Source: a virus
Lineage: Duplodnaviria; Heunggongvirae; Uroviricota; Caudoviricetes
DNA: 64,000 nucleotides
Direction: 5' to 3' (one strand)
IMG/VR virus record: IMGVR_UViG_3300005323_000039
Span: 1-64,000 of that record
The notes beneath the pieces are model-generated. The model searched no databases. It saw only the letters and a program-made list of their open reading frames with translations, and was not told the DNA's origin. A program made the position numbers and the translations under genes. Every line of letters begins with the position of its first letter. Positions within the stretch are counted from its first letter, which is position 1. This document shows, one piece after another, positions 56,662-64,000 of this stretch.

Positions 56662-58495
56662 GAAAATGCCACAGAAGTTAGATAAGTCTCCGAGAGGCGC
56701 ATACGATGCCATAGTCTTCATCGACGGCTCTGAGGTCGTGGCAGAGGATGCTGATGGTCGGCGTATTGCATCAGGAACGGCGGGGACGGACGACGTGGCG
56801 GTGCTGCAAGCAGCTCATGACTCTGGTAGTAGATATTATGGTGGTACAATTTCGCTAGATGGCATATTTAATCTCGCCGATGTGCCTTGGATCATTAGAA
56901 ACAATTTCACAAAAGTTCGTGGAAGTGCAAACACTATCATAAAACAGAATAGCGCAAATGTTGACGCGATTCAGTTTACCCCAATTGTTGGTCAATCTGC
57001 TATCGAATTTGTTGGTATGGAAGATGTACGAGTCGAAACGGTTGCTGGCTCTGGAGACGCCATTAATACATATAGACTGTGCAGATCATGCCTTAAAAAT
57101 ATTCACATTCCAGGCGCTGGAAGATATGGTCTACGTTTAAACTCGTCGCTGCTCAACGAAATAGATAGTTTGTGGGTAAGCCCGGATTTAGCACAGGGGT
57201 TATCTGGTTGCGGAACTGCATGCGTCAATATCCATCGAGAGAATACTTCTGATTGGGCATCAAACGCAAATGTATTTGTTGCTCCAACTCTCGAACAATC
57301 ACAATATGGTCTGTTGATCGATGACCAACGTAATGATGCTGGCACAAACGAAGGCTTCAATCTCGTTCTCGGCGGAACAATTGAAAGTCAAACAGTTGAA
57401 GGGATATCTGCAACTAGAACGGATGGTCTTCAAATATATCAGACAGATCTTGAAGGTCGGGGTATTACTCTATCATATTGCCATTGGGCCGCGCTCTCCC
57501 CCGTCCATATGGACGCACTCGTTGCGTCGAATTGTCAAGGTGTAAAGTTTTTCAACGGGAAACTGGATAATGGCATTACTCTTACATCGTGTAATAACTC
57601 ATTATTTGAAAATATCAGAAATGGTGGAGGGTTAGATCTCAATGGATGCAACACCACCAGATTCTTAAATTACGTAACATATGGATCTACATTAGTCAGA
57701 TCTAATAACGTTCTCACCGAATTTTTGAATGGCGTGTTTGCTGCTCTTGCACCATCTGATTATGCATATGATACCGCATATCAACGAATGTCGTTTGGTG
57801 ATAACAGTTGGTGGGGCGGCGAGCCTGGATGGAATGACGTTCTTAATAATAGAGACATGAATCCATCAGATAGTGCATTGCCAAATGGGTTTGTTCAGAA
57901 TGGCTCCCCGACTTTAGAAACGTGTGGTATTGGCCACGCGGACACGACGAAATACAAAAAGGGGCATTCTCTGAAGATCACAAAATCAGATGCTCATGAT
58001 GGTGTATACGTTCCAATTAATGGGCATTTCACAGAAGAGAAAATTGTCGTAAAATTTAGGACGAGTGCTATAAGTGGTTCTGCTCCTCTCATCTTGGTAA
58101 CAGATTCCGACTTCAACCCATTGATATCGAAGTCTTGCGTTGCGGCATCAGCGTCAACCGCATGGGCAAAAAATGATTATATGTTTACAGTGCCTGCTGG
58201 ATATTCTACATTATGGATATTATTCTCTGGAGCGAATGGACAAGTCGCATCATTTTATCTTACAGATGTTGTTGTGGGTAGATATGACACGATAGCGACA
58301 TCTTCCGGCTCCTCAACCGGCACAAGCTCCGAACAAACCATCGCCCACTCCCTAGCCGCAATTCCCACCGGCTGCAAAGCCTGGATCAAGTATCTGGTAG
58401 GTACTCGCTACGTCACGGAGATGATTCCCTTTGATGCTACAAATGTTTATCCGAATGTTACTGCTGGTGTCGCATACGAATGGAGGATAGAGTAA
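56624..58495 (+). CDS. tailspike / right-handed beta-helix (pectin-lyase-fold-like) protein candidate
   Basis: 623 aa; repeated short beta-strand segments with Asn/Gly ladders (NGITLTSCNNSLFENIRNGGGLDLNGCNTTRF) typical of parallel beta-helix. Confidence 0.4.
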   Translation: MLVTSWKFWLGAEKMPQKLDKSPRGAYDAIVFIDGSEVVAEDADGRRIASGTAGTDDVAVLQAAHDSGSRYYGGTISLDGIFNLADVPWIIRNNFTKVRGSANTIIKQNSANVDAIQFTPIVGQSAIEFVGMEDVRVETVAGSGDAINTYRLCRSCLKNIHIPGAGRYGLRLNSSLLNEIDSLWVSPDLAQGLSGCGTACVNIHRENTSDWASNANVFVAPTLEQSQYGLLIDDQRNDAGTNEGFNLVLGGTIESQTVEGISATRTDGLQIYQTDLEGRGITLSYCHWAALSPVHMDALVASNCQGVKFFNGKLDNGITLTSCNNSLFENIRNGGGLDLNGCNTTRFLNYVTYGSTLVRSNNVLTEFLNGVFAALAPSDYAYDTAYQRMSFGDNSWWGGEPGWNDVLNNRDMNPSDSALPNGFVQNGSPTLETCGIGHADTTKYKKGHSLKITKSDAHDGVYVPINGHFTEEKIVVKFRTSAISGSAPLILVTDSDFNPLISKSCVAASASTAWAKNDYMFTVPAGYSTLWILFSGANGQVASFYLTDVVVGRYDTIATSSGSSTGTSSEQTIAHSLAAIPTGCKAWIKYLVGTRYVTEMIPFDATNVYPNVTAGVAYEWRIE

Positions 58496-58998
58496 TGACC
58501 GAAAATCCCGTCATGGTTCCCAACTTCCCGGAATCAATTCTCACTTGGGAAGATGAAATTCTCAGTTATGAAGGAAATATTCTTACATATGGTTTTGTAT
58601 ATGGATGGTGTTCACCAATGAGTGATGCAAAATGTAAAACATTAGGACTACTGTCTTCAACGACAGTAAGTTTCGCGGCTGATGCGCACACGGTTCTCTA
58701 CACGGTCCCTGTTGGTAAGAGATGTGTCCTGCATTCGGCTTGTATCGTGGCTGCGACTGATGCCGGAGCAACTACAGCAGTTTCCATTGGCGCGAATGGG
58801 GCTGAAACCGATTTCGTCGGGGCTCATGTTCTGAGCAACCTCGACGCCCAGTATGATTCTGTCTGGCTAATGCCGATTCCGAACGCGACTCCTGTGAAAT
58901 GTAAGTCCTATGCTGCTGGAACTGTTATTGAGATGGCAGTGGCGACGCAATCAGGCGGGGCTGGAAACACGGTTTATCTCTTCGGATATCTGTACTAA
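58480..58998 (+). CDS. hypothetical tail-associated protein
   Basis: ORF overlapping tailspike stop. Confidence 0.4.
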   Translation: MEDRVMTENPVMVPNFPESILTWEDEILSYEGNILTYGFVYGWCSPMSDAKCKTLGLLSSTTVSFAADAHTVLYTVPVGKRCVLHSACIVAATDAGATTAVSIGANGAETDFVGAHVLSNLDAQYDSVWLMPIPNATPVKCKSYAAGTVIEMAVATQSGGAGNTVYLFGYLY

Positions 58999-59110
58999 AA
59001 GCTAAGTGAACAATCAATTGTTCACTTGTTTCAATTTATTATGCAATATGAATAATAGTCTCATCAATACTTGAGACAACTAACAAAAAACTAAAAGGAG
59101 AACTGAATAA

Positions 59111-59452
59111 ATGCCAAAAGACATAACATACCTTAAAAATGGTACAGGACTCATGGTGTGCGACGGTTGTGACACCATCATGAAGATCGTGAATCAAAAG
59201 GCTCGCCAAGTCCAGTCCGCTATAATCGAAGGGCAGTCTGCTGGTGCAGGCAGCACACTAGCTTTTAACGAAGACAAGCGCGCGATTCAAAACTTGGAAT
59301 CCCTTAAAGCTGATGTCGATTTAATGGTCGACAATCTTGTAACTCTAATTAAGGGCGTCAAGCACATGGAAGTTGACGCGGATCAGTTGGATCACGCCGG
59401 AGTTACAGGATACTACGCACTTCCAGCGACCGTACCAATGGGCGACGAATAA
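59111..59452 (+). CDS. hypothetical protein
   Basis: AAGGAGAA SD-like 10 nt upstream. Confidence 0.4.
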   Translation: MPKDITYLKNGTGLMVCDGCDTIMKIVNQKARQVQSAIIEGQSAGAGSTLAFNEDKRAIQNLESLKADVDLMVDNLVTLIKGVKHMEVDADQLDHAGVTGYYALPATVPMGDE

Positions 59453-59487
59453 ACCACAAATTAAACAAACTTTATAATAATGATCGG

Positions 59488-60737
59488 CTAGAGTGGAGAC
59501 GCTCTAGTTCAATACATTTTATTCAATTAATAGAAAAGCAGGCAACGTCTCGGTTGAAGTGATCAAACGATACATAGAGGAATGTCAGGGTTGAAGACCG
59601 CCTACAAGTTCAGGCTCTATCCAAACAAACAACAGGAAGCCATGTTAGACCTGACTCTTGAAACTTGCAGGCATCTCTATAACTTAGCTTTGGCCGATAG
59701 AAAGAACGCCTATGAGGTTGAAGGTGTCAGTCGAAACTATGAGGATCAGGCTGCTATGCTGACTGTTGAAAAGAAGGACGGCAATTTCAAGGGCGTCTTC
59801 TCCCAAGTGCTTCAAGATGCCCTGAGACGGCTGGATAAGTCCTTCAAAGCGTTCTTCCGAAGAGTTAAGGCTGGAGAAGAACCAGGATATCCTCGGTTCA
59901 AAGGCCAAGGCTGGTACAAGTCGTTCACGTATCCGCAGGCAGGTTTCAAGCTGGAAGGTTCAAAGCTGACTCTCTCCAAGATAGGTTCTATCAGGATCTT
60001 CAAGCATCGAGAGGTAGAAGGCAAGATCAAGACCTGTACTATTAAGAAAGATAAGCTTGGTCGCTGGCATGCTATCTTGGTATCTGAGATAGAAGACGTA
60101 CCTCAAATAGAGTCTAAGACAGCTATTGGCGTGGACGTTGGTCTGAAGAACATGGTAGCTCTGTCCACCGGAGAGACAGTTCAGTATCCAAGATACTATG
60201 TCAGAGCTGAACAAAAGCTTGCTGTAGCCCAGAGAGATCTTTCCAGAAAGAAGAAAGGATCAAGTAACCGTCGAAAAGCCAAAATCAAGGTCGCTAGGCT
60301 CCATCAGAAGATCCAAAACCATAGAGATGAGTTCCTGCATCAGGTATCCAGGAAGCTGGCGGACTCAGCAGACCTAATAGTATTTGAAAACTTGAATATT
60401 CAGGGAATGTTGAAGAACCATCACCTGGCAAAGCATATTCAAGACCATGCTTGGGGCAAGCTAATCCAGTTCACACAAAGCAAAGCTGCAAAGGCTGGCA
60501 AGGTGGTAGAACTGGTAGAGGCTAGGTATACGTCTCAAAAGTGCTCTCCGTGTGGTATAATGGTTCCTAAGACTCTGGCAGAAAGAGTCCACCACTGCCC
60601 TAATTGCGGGCTAGAGATGGATAGGGATATCAATGCCAGTCTAAATATCGTCACCCTCGGACTGAGGGGAAGAGCCTGCGGAGATACCAGAGCACTGGAT
60701 CTATGAAGCAGGAAGCCCTGCCCCTTTAGGGGCGGGG
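59488..60737 (+). mobile_element. IS200/IS605-family element of IS1341 type (tnpB only, no tnpA), approximate boundaries
   Basis: Upstream hairpin CTAGAGTG-GAGA-CGCTCTAG (59488-59507) and downstream GC-rich hairpin GCCCTGCCCC-TTTA-GGGGCGGGG (60715-60737) flank an intact tnpB; GC of tnpB higher than flanks. Confidence 0.5.
59582..60706 (+). CDS. tnpB: TnpB (IS605 OrfB; OMEGA RNA-guided endonuclease)
   Basis: N-terminal KFRLYPNKQQE...LYN motif; RuvC-I GVDVGL, RuvC-II IVFENLN, zinc finger CSPCG..CPNCG, RuvC-III DRDINASLNI. Confidence 0.85.
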   Translation: MSGLKTAYKFRLYPNKQQEAMLDLTLETCRHLYNLALADRKNAYEVEGVSRNYEDQAAMLTVEKKDGNFKGVFSQVLQDALRRLDKSFKAFFRRVKAGEEPGYPRFKGQGWYKSFTYPQAGFKLEGSKLTLSKIGSIRIFKHREVEGKIKTCTIKKDKLGRWHAILVSEIEDVPQIESKTAIGVDVGLKNMVALSTGETVQYPRYYVRAEQKLAVAQRDLSRKKKGSSNRRKAKIKVARLHQKIQNHRDEFLHQVSRKLADSADLIVFENLNIQGMLKNHHLAKHIQDHAWGKLIQFTQSKAAKAGKVVELVEARYTSQKCSPCGIMVPKTLAERVHHCPNCGLEMDRDINASLNIVTLGLRGRACGDTRALDL

Positions 60738-60766
60738 AGGAAGTCACTCAATTAATTGATTAGTAT

Positions 60767-61009
60767 TTGAATAAATTTAATGGAGGACTAAATTTAATGC
60801 CAACTCTAAAAGAAATTTCAGAATTTATTGACACTCAGAAGAACCTTGGGATAACTCTACTTGCTATATTCATTGGATTGTACGTGACGATGAATTCAAG
60901 CATACTCGATATGACGATCGCCAAACAGTGGGTTGATTTAGCTCAACTAGCTGTCGGCATTTATATTGGTCATAGAATAGAAGCGGGCCGCACTCCAAAG
61001 GAAGAATAA
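60767..61009 (+). CDS. small membrane protein (holin-like?)
   Basis: 80 aa, two hydrophobic segments, basic C-terminus. Confidence 0.35.
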   Translation: MNKFNGGLNLMPTLKEISEFIDTQKNLGITLLAIFIGLYVTMNSSILDMTIAKQWVDLAQLAVGIYIGHRIEAGRTPKEE

Positions 61010-61206
61010 GAGTAGCGCGAGATGACGAACGTGATTGCGCCACGTCCACCAGAGCCCGCGCAATATACTAACCGCTCTATTCGAATATATACTTTACCGC
61101 AATAAACTATATACTCAATCTTTGGTATATTGTTTTGGAGTAGAGTAAATGTTCCGAGCGATTAGTATACAACATTCCCCTTACAATCCCACTCCAAAGG
61201 ACTATT

Positions 61207-61620
61207 ATGACTAATGATATTGTTCCTGAAAGCGATCGAGAAATTCTAATCAAGATCGCCACAAGAATGGACAGCGGGTTCACTTACATCACGCACAAGC
61301 TGGACGATTTGTGCGAGCGACTGAAAGCAGTAGAGGAAGTGACAAACGAAGTGAAGAACTTCCCCACCTTTCGAGACACAACGTGCCCTCAAAAGATGAA
61401 TCAAATCGAACAAAGTTTGCAAAATGTCGAGTCAAGATTAGGCAAACTTGAAAATGACCATTTAGTAGAGTGTGGCGAAGAACAAGCAGCCACTACATTT
61501 TGGTCCATTCCAAGGGAAATCCTCCTGATGACAATGGGCGCGATTGTAGCAGCAATTGTCGGAGGACTTGGATGGATTGCATTTAAAGTCCTATGTAACA
61601 CATTCTCCATTGGATGTTAA
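61207..61620 (+). CDS. coiled-coil protein with C-terminal TM anchor
   Basis: 137 aa; C-terminal hydrophobic helix ILLMTMGAIVAAIVGGLGWIAF. Confidence 0.4.
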   Translation: MTNDIVPESDREILIKIATRMDSGFTYITHKLDDLCERLKAVEEVTNEVKNFPTFRDTTCPQKMNQIEQSLQNVESRLGKLENDHLVECGEEQAATTFWSIPREILLMTMGAIVAAIVGGLGWIAFKVLCNTFSIGC

Positions 61621-61646
61621 AAAATAGAAACTAAATAACGAACACA

Positions 61647-61817
61647 TCACACAGTATACCATGATATGGGTGTAAGAATGGCGCAAATCATTGCCAAAGC
61701 AAAAGCTATGATTGTTCCATATGATGTGTTCGTTACTTTATTTATTACAAATCCAATTGTACCACATACGATGGCCAAAATACCACTCAAACCTAACGTT
61801 GCCAAAGTATTAAACAT
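61647..61817 (-). CDS. small 2-TM membrane protein (56 aa)
   Basis: Manually translated minus-strand ORF MFNTLATLGLSGILAIVCGTIGFVINK...; not in track. Confidence 0.25.
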   Translation of the reverse strand: MFNTLATLGLSGILAIVCGTIGFVINKVTNTSYGTIIAFALAMICAILTPISWYTV

Positions 61818-61836
61818 TGTTTAACCTCTAAAATGA

Positions 61837-62103
61837 TTAGAAGGACTGTATGAGGCCTCCCATGATTATTGAGCGTGCGACTAACTCTTTTTCCTCTTGT
61901 GTCATATGGACACAATATTTATTGATGTAGTCTGTTATGATACAGTCATGAAATTCTTCTTGTGTAGAGTAGCGCGAATCTTCGATTGTATCAATTGTTG
62001 TTTGTACGTCGTTGCGTGTTTGATTTGTTGCTTTGCGCGCTCCTTCGTCTGTGCCTAGTAGGATTTTTAAAGCTAGTGCTAATTCTCTTTGCATGTAGTC
62101 CAT
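61837..62103 (-). CDS. hypothetical protein
   Basis: Minus-strand ORF downstream of radical SAM gene. Confidence 0.4.
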   Translation of the reverse strand: MDYMQRELALALKILLGTDEGARKATNQTRNDVQTTIDTIEDSRYSTQEEFHDCIITDYINKYCVHMTQEEKELVARSIIMGGLIQSF

Positions 62104-62112
62104 CTCCGCATT

Positions 62113-62316
62113 TTACTTCTTATGTGCTTCTTCTCCAAACATCACATTTTCTCGTTCTTGCCATTCTTTACGTTTCTTAGCTCTATCAATCGATGAGGTG
62201 TTCGGAATTGACGGTTTGGACGCATCGCTCGATGTATCTATACCTATTGCAATTATTGTACAGAGTGTCGCCCCAACAATTGCTAACAATATTACACGCA
62301 ATATGTTTAACTCCAT
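62113..62316 (-). CDS. small membrane-anchored protein
   Basis: N-terminal TM, basic C-terminus; immediately downstream of radical SAM gene. Confidence 0.35.
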   Translation of the reverse strand: MELNILRVILLAIVGATLCTIIAIGIDTSSDASKPSIPNTSSIDRAKKRKEWQERENVMFGEEAHKK

Positions 62317-62335
62317 ATCATACCTTCTTTTGATT

Positions 62336-63751
62336 TTACTTCTTATTCACTTCTTTTATACGCCTCACTCCAAGGATGTCGTGCTTTACAACACCGTAAG
62401 CGAGAACGTCGGGATCTCTCCCAAACATCATACCCCTTCTACGTCTCCGTTGCATTTCGTCTCGCCACGCTCTTGTATAATCTTCATCTTCTTCTATAGG
62501 CTCAACTTTATCCTCTAGTGCGTCATCTACTATTGTTTGAAACGTTTTGGCTGCATCACTTGATGTTGACGAATCAACTGAAGGATGCATCTGAACAGCG
62601 TATGCCATAACTTTAGTTTCGTACGTTCCAACGCCATACACAATTGTGCCTTCATATGGCCTGACTCCATATAAAGTGACTTCTAATGGTTTGTATGGAT
62701 CAGGCAGCTCAATTGGTTGTTCTGGTAACGGAGTTGCAGGTTTAGGTGCAATGGTTGGCGTGAGACGTTCAATCGCAGGATACTTTATGCATTTTCTGCA
62801 TGAATGTGTGTAACCTGCCCCAAACCTTATATCCTTAAATTGTGACTCCCAAATTTCTTTTAAAGTTTGTTTGTTCAGATTACCGTAAGGTGTAGCAATT
62901 CCGTTGTTGCAAGCGCGCTCGCTCAGGCACGCTATAACGTCTCCATCAGCAGTTATTCCACACGTACTGATTCCAGCTGAACAAGTATGCTCATCTTGTA
63001 GATTGTCCGCTAAGATGTAACTAACGCCTGTTGTGTGGTTCCGAATGCGTTCCCTCAAATAAGATATTCCATTTGGAGGGAGCTGGAATTCGCCCATCGT
63101 TAGTTGAATTTGCCACGTTCCGAAGCCACTCGAACGAACGAACTCACTCAGAGCGTCAAATTGCCATACGTTGTGCGTACCAAAGTTTGTAATTATTGTA
63201 ATATCTTTTTCGTGGCCATCAACGTAATCAAACCAATACGGCCACTCTTCATTTACACTTAGTCCAATGCATGTGACTTTATCAATTTGTTTGTACCAGC
63301 TCCACTGAGCTAGAATTTTTCCGTTAGTCACTATTCGAACGTCGATGCCGCCATCAGTTAGAGTTTGTATGATGTGGTCTAGGTGTTCGGACGGAAGCTC
63401 CCCAGGCTCTCCACCACTTAGCGTGACTGTATTCACTCCATATGAAACAATTTCTTGTGCGATACGGTCGAGTTGCTCAAATGGAGGGTTGTCGCGCCGA
63501 AGGACTGTTTTGGACCCACAATATTTGCACCCATTTGAACATTTGAGTGTCACTTCCCATATAATTTCTTTCAATTTTAAGGGTGTCATGTAAACCTCTG
63601 TTCCAATAAGACTCCTCCAATTGCAGCAACAACACATAGTATGACGGCAGGGACGATCGACCAAGATCCAAACAACGACTCCAAAACATATGACCATATT
63701 GTACCGATAATCATTCCACTTGACAATATCCACAATAGTACAAATATCCAA
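62336..63751 (-). CDS. radical SAM enzyme with Cys-rich SPASM/twitch-like auxiliary region and Pro-rich C-terminal extension
   Basis: CSNGCKYC (CxxxCxxC), TLSGGEP SAM-binding motif; downstream Cys array C-x6-C-x10(DGDVIAC)-C-x5-C ... SCRKC. Confidence 0.6.
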   Translation of the reverse strand: MDICTIVDIVKWNDYRYNMVICFGVVVWILVDRPCRHTMCCCCNWRSLIGTEVYMTPLKLKEIIWEVTLKCSNGCKYCGSKTVLRRDNPPFEQLDRIAQEIVSYGVNTVTLSGGEPGELPSEHLDHIIQTLTDGGIDVRIVTNGKILAQWSWYKQIDKVTCIGLSVNEEWPYWFDYVDGHEKDITIITNFGTHNVWQFDALSEFVRSSGFGTWQIQLTMGEFQLPPNGISYLRERIRNHTTGVSYILADNLQDEHTCSAGISTCGITADGDVIACLSERACNNGIATPYGNLNKQTLKEIWESQFKDIRFGAGYTHSCRKCIKYPAIERLTPTIAPKPATPLPEQPIELPDPYKPLEVTLYGVRPYEGTIVYGVGTYETKVMAYAVQMHPSVDSSTSSDAAKTFQTIVDDALEDKVEPIEEDEDYTRAWRDEMQRRRRRGMMFGRDPDVLAYGVVKHDILGVRRIKEVNKK

Positions 63752-63767
63752 CTTTTCATGTATGATT

Positions 63768-63788
63768 GTACGTTAAAGTAGTATATAT
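63768..63788 (-). promoter_or_regulatory. archaeal-type promoter (identical 21-mer to 4380-4400) upstream of minus-strand radical SAM gene
   Basis: Reverse complement reads TATATATACTACTTTAACGTA; lies about 20-40 nt upstream of ATG at 63751. Confidence 0.4.
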
Positions 63789-63813
63789 AGGTTGCTGTTG
63801 GAAAAAAATAGAG

Positions 63814-63978
63814 TTAAGTGTACCACTTGACTGGAAGGAGCGTTGCATACGCAACAACGAATACAATGCCCGCAAGCATAGAGGATACTGGCCCCACAAT
63901 GTTCCACAAGCCCGAAAATATTGCAACAGATATTGCCGTTCCAACAATCGAAGCTAGTATGATTTTCATCATGGTCAT
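63814..63978 (-). CDS. small 2-TM membrane protein (54 aa)
   Basis: Manually translated MTMMKIILASIVGTAISVAIFSGLWNIVGPVSSMLAGIVFVVAYATLLPVKWYT; preferred over overlapping Cys/Arg-rich track ORFs. Confidence 0.25.
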   Translation of the reverse strand: MTMMKIILASIVGTAISVAIFSGLWNIVGPVSSMLAGIVFVVAYATLLPVKWYT

Positions 63979-64000
63979 GGGGTTTCTGCCTCCAAGAAAT

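Noticed and set aside
60715-60737. GC-rich hairpin after tnpB as a Rho-independent terminator
   Set aside because: No T-run follows it (sequence continues GAGGAAGTCACTC). The context looks archaeal, where intrinsic terminators are T-runs. The hairpin is better explained as the IS605-family right-end / omega-RNA structure.
63756-63957. Track ORFs 63756..63947 (minus) and 63766..63957 (plus) at the right edge
   Set aside because: Both are Cys/Arg/Tyr-rich and overlap the 21-bp promoter element. A third frame gives a clean 2-TM peptide (63814..63978, minus), which is more plausible. All remain low confidence.

Overview
The window reads as a near-contiguous stretch of a head-tailed (Caudoviricetes-type) virus of an archaeon. 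Genes are densely packed and mostly on the + strand.

The left half (about 0-36 kb) is a replication and nucleotide-metabolism module. It holds two tandem vWA proteins, a D5-like SF3 helicase, an Rnl-type RNA ligase and a CMP/dCMP deaminase. It also holds a proofreading family-B DNA polymerase with all Exo I-III and Pol A/B/C motifs, and two paralogous calcineurin-like phosphoesterases. Further along are an SPFH/band-7 protein, a PD-(D/E)XK nuclease, an AsnB-like amidotransferase, a radical SAM enzyme and an archaeal/eukaryal-type PCNA clamp. A ThyA-family protein, a glutaredoxin and many tiny zinc-ribbon ORFs complete this half.

The right half (about 36-59 kb) is the morphogenesis module. 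It starts with a terminase small-subunit candidate and the terminase large subunit (TerL), followed by an intron-containing tRNA. Next come a portal candidate and a Mu-F/SPP1-gp7-like head morphogenesis protein interrupted by a 143-aa mini-intein. Then follow a protease/scaffold candidate and a major capsid candidate, then a protein carrying 159-bp in-frame tandem repeats. The tail end of the module has a family of small paralogous beta-rich proteins, a GC-elevated tail-fibre block with an SGNH hydrolase, a repeat-containing fibre and a beta-helix tailspike.

Beyond that, at about 59.5-60.7 kb, sits an IS605-family tnpB (IS1341-like; OMEGA-type nuclease) with an intact RuvC triad and Zn finger, flanked by hairpins. 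A second radical SAM enzyme with a Cys-rich SPASM/twitch-like extension lies on the minus strand at the right edge.

Three observations point to an archaeal host. Intergenic regions carry a recurring archaeal-type TATA element plus a TTTAACGTA-like element, including an identical 21-mer at both ends of the window in opposite orientation. The predicted tRNA has an intron. Transcription terminators are T-runs.

The most interesting items are listed here. (1) The mini-intein splits the conserved HPxCRC motif of the head morphogenesis protein. (2) An intact TnpB sits inside a viral genome. (3) An AsnB / two radical SAM / ThyA-like / deaminase cluster may be a DNA-hypermodification pathway. (4) The SPASM-type radical SAM is flanked by small ORFs. 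(5) The RNA ligase together with two phosphoesterases may be an RNA-repair (anti-ribotoxin) set. (6) A 386-bp strand-asymmetric AT-rich non-coding region is an origin candidate.

No CRISPR array, integrase or rRNA was seen.
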